This document shows, one piece after another, positions 41,028 through 54,780 of a stretch of 64,000 nucleotides of DNA; the stretch's first letter is position 1, and each line of letters starts with the position of its first letter. The notes under the pieces were generated by a model. The model was not told where the DNA came from. It ran no database searches and worked only from the letters and a program-made list of their open reading frames with translations. The DNA is from Octopus vulgaris (taxonomy: Eukaryota), in the NCBI GenBank assembly GCA_951406725.2, contig OX597838.1:19840001-19904000 (forward strand), written 5' to 3'. Made by a program: the position numbers and the translations under genes.

Positions 41028-43504
41028 GTCTAGATAGATATATAGATAGGTAGATAGAGCATCATTATCGTTTAATGCCCATCTCCCATGCTGGCATGGG
41101 TTGGACAGTTTTACCCCATGTCAGCATGGAAAACTGATGTTAAATGATGATGTGTGTATGTATGTATATGTGTGTGTGTGTATATATATACACACACACA
41201 CAGATGTGCACGCACAAACATTAGTTGTAGTTAACACAATTGGAACCCTCAACACACAGACCCAAATTCTCAGACTTGTAAGTAATTTTATTGTTTGACA
41301 GTCGGACAAGATGTGGTGGGAATATATACTTTTCCCTATTACAACCATGTCGTAAAATACAAAAAAAAAGAAAAGAAAATCCATACTTTTATGGGAGAAA
41401 TGGAAAAAAATAATTAAATAGTATTTCATATCTTGCCAAAAATTTGCCTTTTATTTGACTATATTTTATTTATTTTTTTTTGTGTGTGTGTATTTTGTTC
41501 GAAAATTACTCCTCAGTTCTATTGAATATTTCACACTTAGTATTCTATCTTACTATATCAAGCAACATAGTAACATTATAATACAATATGCATACACTAT
41601 GACTTTTATATAAAGTTTAAAGCTCTTCACCTCAGATTTCTTGATGCCAAAATTTCCTGCTTGTTGTTATGGTTTCTTAGCAGTTTTAAAGGCCAAAGTT
41701 GGAGTGAACGGGTGCCGTAGGTGTCGTATGGATTGTGATCATTAAAATTGATAATGGCTAAAATGTGATGCGGGGACCATTTCCTCATTCTAATTAAATG
41801 TGAATGAAAGGAGTTTTCTCTTTGATTCACATCAAGCTGCAGAAGTCAGGTGTCCGACTGTTTTGTGATCAGTCCAGCGATTATTGATAGGTCTGTCCAG
41901 TTGCTAAATAGATTGGGTTTTGTTGTAATATAATAGAAATCGCCAACATGTAACTATTATTATCAGTGAATTAGAGAATGATAGTGGGGGACAGAAACAG
42001 GTGTCTTGTTTCTGGCGGTGAGCTGGCAGACACGTTAGCACGCCGGGCGAAATGCTTGGCAGTATTTCATCTGCTGCTACGTTCTGAGTTCAAATTCCAC
42101 CGAGGTCAACTATGCCTTTCATCCTTTCAGGGTTGATAAATTAAGTACCAGTTACACACTGTGGTCGATGTAATCAACTTAATCCCTTTGTCTGTCCTTG
42201 TTTGTCTCCTCAGTGTTTAGCCTCTTGTGGGCAATAAAGAAATAAGAATTCACCATTTAACCATATATTCAGCCATGTATTCATTCTGTGGCATCTTTGG
42301 TGATAGTTCCAACTACGTGTGTACTACCTTTTGCACTTTAGTGATAAAACCACTGGAAACTACCACCTGCGTACGTGCTACTACTTTGGTGATATTACCA
42401 GCTGTTTGTGCCCTACCTTTTATGCTTTGATATAATAACTATTGGATATACCTGCTTAACAGCAGTTTTCTATTATTTTAGATCAGAGTAATTGGTGTAG
42501 GAGCACTCCGTCGGTTATGACGACAAGGGTCCCAGCTGATACGATCAACGGAACAGCTTGCTCGTGAAATTAACATGCAAGTGGCTGAGCATTCCACAGA
42601 CACTTGTACCCTTAACGTAGTTCGTAAGGAGATTCAGCGGGACACAAAGTGTGACAAGGCTGGCCCTTTTTTGAAATACAGGTACTACTCATTTTTGAGA
42701 GCTGAGTGGACTGGAGCAACGTGAAATAAAGTGTCTTGCTCAAGAACACAACACGTCGCCGGGAATCGAACTCACAACCTTACAATCACGAGCCAAACGC
42801 CCTAACCACTAAGCCACGCGCCCTCACAAGTAATTGGTGTAAGATGTTATTAAAAGTTATTTATGCCAAGAGCATTAATTATCTTCTCTTTGTTATAGAG
42901 GAATCTCATTCTCTGTCTGTCCCCTCTCTGTCACTTTTCTCTGCTCTCTTTGTCTCCTCTCCTCTTGTTTTCTTTTGCACCCATCCTCTTGTGTAACAAA
43001 CATATTTATAACCACACTCATTACTTCAGTGCTTTGTTATTAGACTGTTCTGCTGACATTTCCTTTTCAACACAGCTGATTGAAGTCATCTTGGATTTGC
43101 TTTCAATGAAAGCCTAGATTAAACACAATCTGATATTTCACCAACACTCTTTCACGTGTCTGCAACTTCTTGTCAGTTCTGGTATTTTGTGCGTAGAAAA
43201 GAAACTTTTAATTTTATTAAATACAACACCAAAGATTAGATAGAGACAGTTGAAAAAAATGTCCATTGTTTGTGACAAGAGTTGGAAAAGACCAAACCTC
43301 TTTGATGTACACGTTTGGCATAAGCTTATGTTTCTCTGATATTTGCATCCATCCCTGCAGTTTCCAATATATATATATATATATAGATAGATATAGATAG
43401 ATAGATATAGATATATATATATATATATAGATAGATATAGAGAGATTGAGATATAGATATAGATATACATACACACATGCAAATATATATATGTACTTAT
43501 TCAT

Positions 43505-43551
<47 letters not shown>

Positions 43552-44193
43552 AACACAATAAATATACACACACGTACACAAATATATTATTCTTTTACAA
43601 GAATGTTGTTGGCAGTGACTTCAAAGTTTCAGCTAGCTAAGCTATCTTGTACTCTACAAAAGTATAGTGTAACCCATCAGATGAATGTAAAATTGTTTTT
43701 ATTATAACTGAACATAACAACAAACGTTAATGTGTGTTTGTGCTGTTGTAGGGCTGTGAGTTAGCACAGTAGGGGGTAGAGCAACAGATCTCGTGCTTTG
43801 TGATATTTAGTTACGTCCCTTCACGTTGAGAGTTCAAACCTCATTGAGCTTGGCTTTGCCTTTCATTCTCTCAGAGTCAATGTGATGCCAGTCAAGCGCT
43901 GGTGGGCTGGAGGAGGAATCAATGTGCCTCCACCCTGCAACCCCTAGATTTGTGGCAGTGTGTCTATCTATGTTAGAAATAAATATATGACTGTGCAAAT
44001 AAGGCTCCTATTTCAATGAATCAATGACAATGATCAACCGGATGGCCATGGATAATTTGGACTATCCTGTACTCATCCCAAGGATATGGACCCTGATGTT
44101 GAAGTCATGTGATTTGTGAAAACATGCATAGTGATGTATTAAATATTTATAAATTCCATCCTAGAATTATTATTATATATATATATATATATA

Positions 44194-44448
44194 TATATAC
44201 CAATTAAGGACTGAACACGAAAAGTGGACAGTCAAGATGCTAGATATAGATGTCAAATCGCCATTCTCCATGAGAACATACTCTTTGTGGAGAATGGCGA
44301 TTTGACGTCTATATCTAGCATGTTGACTGTCCACTTTTCGTGTTCAGTCCTTAATTGGTATATAAAAGTATTTTAATCTTCGGATTCTTTTTAATATGTT
44401 AGACCACTGGTTTTAATTAACTAATATCAATTTCTACCCTTAATTAAT
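44194..44448 (+). mobile_element. Fold-back copy of the 56440-57185 family between (TA)n tracts
   Basis: Inverted arms 44194-44270 / 44288-44364. The right arm and tail match 56497-56677. Confidence 0.7.
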
Positions 44449-44617
44449 TATATATATATATATATAAGCACACATACATATGTATGTGTGTGAATATATA
44501 TATATATATATATATAAGCACACATACATATGTATGTGTGTGAATATATATATATATATATATATATGAGAGAAATGATACAAATAAACTGATAAAACTC
44601 CTTGGGTTTGATATACA

Positions 44618-44655
<38 letters not shown>

Positions 44656-44866
44656 TATGTCAAATCCATGGAGTTTTATCTTTTCATTTGAATTAATGTC
44701 TCCATTGGATTTTCCTTATAGCCACTCTTTACCTAGCTGACTTGGTCCTCAGTAAAGATTTCGGTGTGTAAGTTCAAATCTTTTTAACACTATTGAGTAT
44801 TTTCTGTCTTGATTATTCTCTCAATCTCATCCGTTAACTCTCTCTCTTTTCACTTTTATATATATA

Positions 44867-44906
<40 letters not shown>

Positions 44907-44921
44907 TGTGTAATTTGTATG

Positions 44922-44968
<47 letters not shown>

Positions 44969-46884
44969 ATATGTATACACACACATATGTATGTTTTATT
45001 TTATGATATACTTTCAAAATTGCTTTTCACATTATTTCATATAATTTCTCCTTTTTTTTCTTTACATACTGTTGATAATTGCATGTGACCACCACCACTA
45101 CCACAATCCTTTTATTTATTTTTTCTCCTTTCTCTTTAAAAAGATCATTTTGCTTTATCAGTTATACTCTCTAAATTGCATGGCTCCCCCCCTTCCCATT
45201 CTTAATGTTTTTTTCTTTTTTTTTTTATTCTTCTCAATTTGGCAAATAAATTTTCAGAATTATTGGGGGGTGGGGGTGACAAGAAATCTGACATGAAAAA
45301 CAAAAAAACTGTGTAATTGAAAATGAGGAAAGAAAGGGAGTTCGTTTGTTATTGTTGTTGTTTTTGCTGTTGTTGTTAATATTGTTGTTGTTGTTGTTGT
45401 TGTCAGAAGTAAGATTCTAATAAATTAGTTTCCTCTCGACTATGGAGAAGACGTAAATAAGCATCAGCTGGATCTGAGTGGATAAAGTGGAAAAAAAAAA
45501 AATTTAGTGATGACCTTCGTGCCTTAACTGATGAAAATGTCAACTGAAAGAAAATTGGAACATTACTGCATTTAATTATTGTTTGTAATTATTTATTATA
45601 ATTATAATTATTATTATTATTTATTAATAGGCAGTGAGCTGGCAGAAACATTAGCACACCAGGCAAAATGCTTAGCGTTATTTCGTCTGTCTTCGCGTTC
45701 TGAGTTCAAATTCCGCTGAGGTCAACTTTGCCTTTCATCCTTTTGGGGGGGCAGGGTCGATAAAATAAGTACCAGTTGGAAACTGATGTCGATGTAATCA
45801 ACTGACCCCTCTCCTCCCCCCACTCCTGACCTTGCTGGTCTTCTGCCAAAATATGAAATCATCATCATTATTATTATTAATAAGGTGGCAAACTGGCAGA
45901 ATAGTTAGCACATTGGACAAAGTGCTTAGCGGCATTTCTTCTGGCTGTATGTTCTGAGGTCAGATTCCACTGAGGTCAAATTTAAATCCCTTTAAAACAG
46001 GAAGTTTGTTCCATTGTACCAGGAACGGTAGTTTCAGGTGGATTAGTATCAAAAGGGTTAAATTAGTTATGTTTTAATAAGCAACTTAGAGCCATTTAAA
46101 ACATCTGGTTGCAATTGGTTTCCTTAATGACAAATGTTGCAAGCTAATTAATTCCAAATTAGTTAATTGCATTCCGTTAATTCCATTGTGATAGATATAA
46201 ATGATTAGTTAATTGCATTATAATTAGTCATAATCAAATGATATACACTACTTCTGTACCTCATTTAAATGTTTCCATGCCAAGGACTCTCATTCTATCA
46301 GGCCATATGTATGTTTATTTTATATATATTTATTTATATATATATATATAATGTACCTGAAGTATTCTGCTGGGCAAGAATCTTTGAATCACAACAGAGT
46401 GAGGCAACAGCTTCATACAAATGTACTCTAAAACATGATTTGAGTACTTTTTTTATTTGCTAAGCCAAAAATGTATCTACATTGTTTGGCCAGTAGAGCT
46501 TGAGAACCATCTAGTCATCTTGGGTGAAGAATGATTGATGACTTACAAGTTGACTATGTTTAAGCGAAAAAGGGTTGCACACACCGTCAGCTGTCACACT
46601 TAGTCTTTCATTCATGACCATCTTCAATTCCAGTGGCAAGACCAGGTCAGGACAAGTGGGGATAGAGACAGATGCAGCGAACATCTTATTTGCCTCGTGT
46701 TACTCCCTGCACTTCTCTTTATGTTCTGAGTTTGAATCCTGCCAAGTTTAATTTTTGCCTTTCACCCCTCCCTGGATCAGTAAAGTAGATTTTTCAAAGT
46801 TTTTATCTTTTCTTAATTGCTTTTCTGTTTCAATTCAAAGAAATAAAAGTAAAGGCCGCTTTCTTCTATCATAGTTCAACAATT

Positions 46885-47095
46885 TCTCATGGCACCAGCT
46901 GACAAAATGGAAAAGGTGTTGACCTGGAGGATAATGAGGGAGATGAGCTGGAACAGCCACTCTGACTCACTTGGTCACCCACTGCATCTGGAGACAGAAG
47001 CAGCAGGTGAGCAGGATGTCTTGCCTGCTTCACCTTGCTTTCTGCACTCCACAATGTGTTGCTGCAGCTGCCTTCCTCTCCCTTCAACCATGAAG
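46885..47095 (-). mobile_element. Second CRE-like C-terminal fragment
   Basis: Minus frame SG*PSESEWLFQLISLIILQVNTFSILSAG; homologous to 60380-60505. Confidence 0.55.
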
Positions 47096-48532
47096 GTTTC
47101 TCCTGCAGAGTCTGCCAGAAAACTCTATCTATATGTGTGTGTGTGTGTGTATGTATATATGTATCTACTATAGATTTATTGAATAAAAACAAGTCCCTGT
47201 TAGTTTCCTTATAAGCTTTTTTTTTTTTATTTGCAGCGTGGAAGGTGTTTATAAGCCATTTAAGAAACACACAAAATCCGTTATAGATTCACTTCAAAAT
47301 TTTAATTTAATTTGTCAAAATATTTTAGTCGCTTTGAGACTGCGACCTAAATTGAAATTTAGCTCTTTTGACTCTGGGATAAAATGATTTTATATTTAAT
47401 TGTATTAACCAAAAAACACAGATGGAACCACCATTATTGCTTTGCCTCTCACTATGGTTTTAATTATATTTAGTATAAATTGTTATGTTTATTAGTTTGT
47501 TCAATTATCTTTGAATACTGTGTTGTTAAGAAAATTTAACTGTGTGCCTAATTAGATCCGACAATCTGTTATATGCTTGTTAATTAATCTCAACAGTTGA
47601 AATAAGCTTCTATTAATCTTTATAACTAGTTTATGTGTGTGTGCGTGATATATATATATATATATAATTATATGTATGTATGGATTGATATATATGTTTT
47701 TGTATGTATTAGTGTTTATATGTACGTTTGTATATATACATGTATACATACATGTGTGTATATATATAATTTGTTTAGAAGAAAAAGAAAAAAATGGCTT
47801 TTGTTTAAATAAATATTTAAATTTCATACAGCAGATAACAGTTTACTAATGCACCTTCAGAGATTTATTATGTATATATTTAGTCCATAAGACCAATTTT
47901 TAGAAACTAGTATATATGCATATAACAGCAAGATGATTTAGTTTAAGCTTCCAGTGTCAGCTTGGATGGGTCTATCCCTTGCATATGAGATGTATTTTAA
48001 TAAATAGATGGATACTCCTTTAGTTTGCATTACTACAAATAGTTTCACCTTCCCAAGGCTCTTCAGGTTATTTCTTATACTTCCATTTATTTGTTGACTG
48101 TTAAAATCACAATGGCTATAAATCTGTTTAATCCTTTTCTTATTCTCTTTTGAATGATGTCTTGTGTTCGTTGGTTGTTATATTTGAATTATTTCTGTAT
48201 CTGTATTCACGTACCTGCATATATTCAGATGTCTGTATGTTTTGTGTCAGTATAGGTGTAAGCATGTCTGTGTGATAAGAGGCTTGCTTCCCAACCACAT
48301 GGTTCTGGGTTCAGTCCCACTGCGTGGTACCTTGGGCAAGTGTCTTCTTTCTACTATAGCTTCAGGCTAACCAAAGCCTTGTATGGATTTGGTAGACAGA
48401 AACTGAAAGAAGCCCATCGTATATATGTGTGTGTGTATATATATTTATGTATGTGTGTTTGTCCCTCACCACTGCTTGACAATGTGGATTTGGTAGATGG
48501 AAACTGAAAGAAGCCCATCATATATGTGCATG

Positions 48533-48565
<33 letters not shown>

Positions 48566-49485
48566 TTGTCCCTCACCACTGCTTGATAATTGGTGTTGAT
48601 GTGTTTACATCCCTGTAACTCAGCAGTTCGGCAAAAGAGTCTAATGGAGTAAGTACCTGGCTTAAGTACCTGTGGGGAACAAACACAGACACACAAGCAT
48701 ACATTTGACTGAAAGTTCTTCAATATGGTACCCCAGTATGGCCGCAGTTTGAAGCTAGTAAAAGATATTCATATGAACTCGTGTGTGTGTGTGCATGCAT
48801 CTATGTTATATTTATGTGGCAGGACAATTACCCCCCTTGGTTAATTACTCTCCAATATATTAAGTTTTAAATCCTTATCTGTTGTTCCTCAGGCGTTATT
48901 GTCCATGAGGTGGGGGAGTAAATGTCCTAGACTCGCACGTATATCTACGTCAACTGTAGCCACAAACTGCCAGTTGTTGAAGACCGCTGTGAACGAAGGG
49001 AGGTCACTCTAATTTCGTTACACATCTGTCCTGAAGTTCTTATTGAAGAGAAAAGATTAATTAAGACTAAAATCTGTGAAAGAAATCTATTTTCCAGAGG
49101 TTGGGTTTCTATTGTTATATCTATAATGTTTATCAGTAAATACTTACTGATTTAGCAATGGAATGGGGTCCCTGCTTACTGTTATTAAATCAATTAGACA
49201 TAGAATAACTATTTTAACTGTTTTACTGCAGAAAGGAATTTTATATACCAATCTATCTTTTCCTAAGGAGTGTCATGTTTGAAACTATTTTATTGTTGAG
49301 GTATGTCAAGTTTATTGAGACAATGTGACTTGCAGAAAGTACTTTTCTTTTTTCTTTTTTTCTGGTAGATATTTTGTCATAGTTTCTGGAATAATCATGA
49401 AATTTAATTTCGCATTTAAAAAGTTAAAAGAATATAGAATAATTAAAAATTAATATGTAAATAAAAGTAAAAAGGAAAATAATAT

Positions 49486-49878
49486 AGGCGTAGGAGTGGC
49501 TGTGTGGTAAGTAGCTTGCTTACCAACCACATGGTTCCAGGTTCAGTCCCACTGCGTGGCACCTTGGGCAAGTGTCTTCTACTATAGCCTCAGGCCGACC
49601 AAAGCCTTGTGAGTGGATTTGGTAGACGGAAACTGTAAGAAGCCCATCGTATATATGTACATATATATATATGTGTGTCTGTGTTTGTCCCCCCCCCCCC
49701 AACATCGCTTGACAACCGATGCTGGTGTGTTTACATCCCCGTAACTTAGCAGTTTGGAAAAAGAGGCCGATAGAATAAGTACTAGGCTTGCAAAGAATAA
49801 GTCCTGGGGTCGATTTGCTCGACTAAAAGCGGTGCTCCAGCATGGCCACGGTCAAATGACTGAAACAAGTAAAAGAGT
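49486..49878 (+). mobile_element. SINE family A, near-consensus copy
   Basis: Colinear with 1272-1662 and 57643-58040. Confidence 0.85.
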
Positions 49879-50211
49879 AGTGTTGGGAAATTGTGTTACT
49901 CCTCCTAGAATGTCATTCACGAAGGAATATCCACTTGTTAATTGAAATATAATATTTTAGATAGACACTCGTATTTTTTTTTTGTACTAACTATTCTATT
50001 TTTCTTGTTGCTTATACTGCTTTAATTCCCAGTAATGAACAGGTATAAATACAGATATAAATATATTAGATGTATATAAAATGTAAATGAATAACTGTTT
50101 CTTTTTCTTTTTTTTTTATTTTGAATCTTGTGATAAACTGCTTGGTAAATACTCAGGCTGCATTTCTGTTTTTACATGTATATGTGTATATATATATGTA
50201 TGTATGTGTGC

Positions 50212-50247
<36 letters not shown>

Positions 50248-50684
50248 GTTTGTACAGTTAGATGTACAACTGCTGCTAGTGAGTTAAGAGCTCCATTGTA
50301 GAGCATTGTCGTCCACTCTACAAGTACAGTGGTGTGGTCAATACTGTACTTAAGTAGTACTGCTGGTTAGAATATACACACCAAAATGTAAGAGAAATTA
50401 TAGTTAACACAAGTCTGTATCATTCGTTCCCTACGTGTGTTTCCTGTTTCACTATTGTTGTTTATACCCATCCTTTACATTGGATGTTCAAAACTGCAAT
50501 AGGATGCTGAGCCACAAGAAACTCTTCGTTGCATCATATTACAATGAGGCATTTTATCTGAGTAACATAATGCAATAGAATGTTCTGCTGATGATCCGTT
50601 GCCGTTCAGTATCCAATCGCTCTTTGAACATCCAATGCGGAGGTTGCAAATAACGATAATGGGGAAATATGTATAAAAACGTGA

Positions 50685-50915
50685 AGGCGGCGAGCTGGCA
50701 GAATCGTTAGCACGCCGGGCGAAATGCTTAGCGGTATTTCGTCTGTTGCTACGTTCTGAGTTCAAATTCCGTCGAGGTCGACTTTACCTTTCATCCTTTT
50801 GGGGTCGATTAAATAAGTACCAGTTACGCACTGGGGTCGATATAATTGACTTAATCCCTTTGTCTGTCCTTGTTTGTCCCCTCTGTGTATAGCCCCTTGT
50901 GGGCAGTAAAGAAAT
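50685..50915 (+). mobile_element. SINE family B
   Basis: GGCGGCGAGCTGGCAGAATCGTTAGC...GAGTTCAAATTCC...CTTTCATCCTTT. Copies at ~693, 5228, 9150(-), 20585, 32395, 42014, 45629, 53070(-), 55133 and 61858. Confidence 0.8.
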
Positions 50916-51394
50916 GAATATATATAAAAACAAATAATACAAACTTGTGTTAATCATTTCTCATATAAATTTATGTATATAAATATATATATATATAATA
51001 TGTGTGTGTATGTGTGCACACATACACAATTATATCCCATGTATTTGTTGAAGTTTTCATTTGGAAAGAGAGTTTTACAACTGAATAAACCTCTGAACTC
51101 TATCTAATAATAATAATGATAATATAATCTGTACATAGTAGGAAACATGTATCATGTATCATATTGTTTATACTATTTGTTTGTTTTCTTGTTTTGTTGG
51201 AGTTTTTTTTTATGTAATAGCATAATATTGTGTTGTAATAAAGTAGACTGCTATTGATTTGTATTGTCTGTTGTTTTGTTCTGGAAAAGACAAATTGTTT
51301 AATAAGTGTAGGCATAGAAGACGGCGAGCTTAAACAATCATTTTTATAATTATGAGTCAGCAAAAAAATTAATTATACTCATAGATATTAAAAT

Positions 51395-51436
<42 letters not shown>

Positions 51437-51580
51437 GAAAAATAAGTGAAAATGCACATTGGAAATCAAAAAAGTAAAGGCTTTTTATGAAAAGTAACGA
51501 TAGATATATATACAATTAGATGAACTAAGGTAGGAATAAAAGTAATAAAAATCATTATTGTGAATTGTTAAAGAGATTTA

Positions 51581-51619
51581 AAAGCATACCAGTTTCGTTA
51601 AATTACTAATCATTGCTTT
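51581..51619 (-). ncRNA. Mirror copy of the A3:U8 hammerhead fold, slightly decayed
   Basis: Minus strand reads AAAGCA AUGAUUA GUAAUUUAAC GAAA CUGG UA UGCUUU. It has one stem II mismatch and a CpG-type change in stem III. Confidence 0.55.
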
Positions 51620-51734
51620 GAATGCACACCGATTACTGTAATCGGTGTGCATATCAGGCCAAAATACTCAGCATCTTTTATATTCAAACTGGCCAGATTC
51701 AGCATTTTACACCTAGAGTAATCGGTGTGCATTC

Positions 51735-51773
51735 AAAGCAATGATTAGTAATTTTACGAAACCGGTATGCTTT
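51735..51773 (+). ncRNA. Minimal type I hammerhead ribozyme fold, A3:U8 core variant
   Basis: AAAGCA-[AUGAUUA]-GUA auuu UAC-[GAAA]-CCGG-[UA]|UGCUUU: 6-bp stem I, 3-bp stem II, palindromic ACCGGU stem III, GUA cleavage triplet. Confidence 0.7.
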
Positions 51774-52145
51774 TAAATCTCTTTAAGAATTCACAATAAT
51801 GACTTTTATTCCTACCTTAGTTCATCTAATTGTATATATCTATCGTTACTTTTCATAAAAAGCCTTTACTTTTTTGATTTCCAATGTGCATTTTCACTTA
51901 TTTTTCTTCTTACTTTCCCCCCTATATATATATATAATAATTTTAATATTTATGAGTATAATTAATTTTTTTGTTGAACCCTAATTATAATTATACTCAT
52001 AATTATAAAAATCATTGTTTAAGTTTACCGATAATGGTCCTTTTAATATGCCGAAACTACTTGGTAGAATTATTAATTAATTAATTCATTCATTTTCCCC
52101 TCTGGTTCTGTGATACAAAGCATCACATTTTAAAATGTTCATATT

Positions 52146-52370
52146 TAATCTTTAGCATTAAAACCAGCAATATCAGGCCAAAATACTCTGCATCTTTTAT
52201 ATTCAAACTGGCCAGATCCAACATTTTACACCCACTCTACAATGTCATTCTAAAAATAAACATTCACAGCATTGAAATTTTGAAGCCACAAGACAATGCT
52301 TGGTTAATTCAAGACAATGTGAAAAATAAGCATTGTGTTTGATGAAGTAATCTGAATGTTAAAGGATTAA
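52146..52370. mobile_element. TTAA-flanked MITE (piggyBac-like ends)
   Basis: TTAATCTTTAGCATT ... AATGTTAAAGGATTAA. Related sequence at ~6497-7143 (split by a SINE) and ~29270-29455. Confidence 0.55.
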
Positions 52371-54516
52371 GTTTTATGTTACGATATTTCGATTGAAATA
52401 CACTGACTTGATTTCAATTAATTTTGGAAATAATGGGGCAAAATGAATGTAAAACAAAAAAAAAAAAAAATGGAAATGAATTCAGTACAAATCAAAGAGA
52501 ATTTGAATAACACATTTATTCAGAGCTGGCATTCTTGAAGCATCTCTCCACAATCTTGGAGAATTTAGCTTAATTAACAGAAGGAAAATTCCTCACATTT
52601 AAAGAGAAATGCAATTTTTTCCTTCTTTGAACAGACAGACAGGAATATAAAGTGGAACAGAAGATTTTACTCATCAGTTTAAAAAAAAAAAAAATTTCAA
52701 TTTGGTTGGAAAGTCTGAATTTCTTTCAGTTCATTATAAAATAAGAGTAAAAAAAAAAATATTTGCTTAATTACCAAATATTGAATATTCGGTAATTAAT
52801 TATGTATTCGCTGTTATGATCCCAATAACAACCATTCTTTAATGGTTCCATAGCAGGAAACAGACTATGTCAAGCAATTCTCACCAATACGCCATGTTCT
52901 TCAGTAAGCTGTTCTCCTCAAAGACAGGCAATCCAACAGGTGGTGCTGGTAGCCGCTGTGCTAAGACCAAAATAGTATGTTTGCTGCCATAGCAATACAA
53001 CACACAGCTATGTATGGACTTTTCCTTTCACCTACAATAACAAGAACAACAACAATAATTATAATAATAAACCTTTCTATTATAGGCACAAGGCATGAAA
53101 TTTCGGTGGGGTTGGGTGGCTAGTCGATTGCATTAACCCCAGTGCTTGACTGATACTTATTCTATCGACCCCGAAAGGATGAAAGGGGAAGTCAACCTTG
53201 GCAGAATTTGAACTCAGAATGTAGCAACAACCAAAATCCCGCTAAGCATTTCATCCAGCACGCTAACAATTCTGCCAGCTCACTGCCTGTGTGGTAAGTA
53301 GCTTGCTAACCAACCACATGGTTCTGGGTTCAGTCCCACTGCGTGGCATCTTGGGCAAGTGTCTTCTGCTATAGCCCCGGGCCGACCAATGCCTTGTGAG
53401 TGGATTTGGTAGACGGAAACTGAAAGAAGCCTGTTGTATATATGTATATATATATGTGTGTGTGTTTGTGTGTCTGTGTTTGTCCCCCTAGCATTGCTTG
53501 ACAACCGATGCTGGTGTGTTTACGTCCCCGTCACTTAGCGGTTCGGCAAAAGAGACCGATAGAATAAGTACTGGGCTTACAAAGAATAAGTCCCGGGGTC
53601 GATTTGCTCGACTAAAGGTGGTGCTCCAGCATGGCCGCAGTCAAATGACTGAAACGAGTAAATAATAATAATAATAATAATCCTTTCTAAGCACAAGGCC
53701 TGAAATTTCAGGGGAGGGGGGTAGTCAAATGCATCGACCCCAGTATTCAACTGGTATTTATCTTATCAACCCCAAAAGGATGAAAGGTAAAGCCAACCTC
53801 AGCAGAATTTGAACTCATCATCATCATCATCATTTAGCATGGGTTGGACGATTTGACTGAGGTCTGGCAAACCAGATGGCTGCACCAGGCTCCAATCTGA
53901 TCTGGCAGAATTTCTACAGCTGGATGCCCTTCCCAACGCCAACCACTCCGAGAGTGTAGTGGGTGCTTTTTACGTGCCATCGACTTATCCCCTACCCAAT
54001 ACTTGCTGGCCATATGCCAAAATTTAAACCAATATATCAAAGTAGTGAGCTGACAGAATCATTAGCATGCTGGGGAAAATACTTAGTGGCTTTTCACCCG
54101 TCTTTCCGAGTTCAAATTCGAGATCAATAAAATAAGTACCAGTTGAGCATTAAAGCTGATGTCATTTACTTATCACTTCCCCTAAACTTGCTGGCCTTGT
54201 GCCAAAATTCGAAATCAATACTACTACAACATAAATTGATCAATTACTAAGAATTTATAAATTTCAAGAGAACATGAAATAATTCTTTTTTGGAACAGTG
54301 GATCTCCAAGCAGATGATAAAGCTATAAATTACAGTGTGTAAATGTTAAGTTAAAAAACCCTTTGGTTAGAAAAGATTGAAGGCTGCCTATTGGATTAGA
54401 ACTTACACCTGTAAAGATGACAGGGGCTCTACCATCGGACCAAAGCAATCCTTTGAATTTCTCTGTTCATTTTAGAGTTTTATACTTACCAATAAAATTT
54501 TTTAAATGGGCTTTAG

Positions 54517-54780
54517 GTGGTTCTTAAGAAAGAACATGGATGTCCTCAAAGGTTCATCAACTTGGTCAGATCCCTGCGTGAAGGAAAACAGGCACTTGTA
54601 ACACAAAATAACAATGCCTCAAGCAAGTTTGTGGTGACAAATGGAGTTAAACAAGGTGGGATGCTTGCTCCAGCACTGTTCTCTCTCTACCTTGTAGCAG
54701 TGTTGGAATTTGCTTTGAGGGAGTTGTAGAGGGGATCTGCATCCAGACACAGCATGATGCTGATCTGTACAATGCAGTAC
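54517..54780 (+). mobile_element. RTE/BovB-like LINE RT fragment
   Basis: GCPQRFINLVRSL...FVVTNGVKQGGMLAPALFSLY. Confidence 0.8.

Larger units (their letters stand above)
51329..52023. repeat. ~700-bp fold-back (inverted arms of ~305 bp)
   Basis: 51329-51637 is the near-perfect reverse complement of 51717-52023. Each arm contains a (TA)n tract and a hammerhead fold. Confidence 0.9.

Noticed and set aside
47308-47350. Minus-strand GUCGC/GCGAC hairpin followed by UAAAAUAUUUUGACAAA, resembling the 3' half of a hammerhead
   Set aside because: It is truncated, with no CUGANGA core and no intact GAAA.
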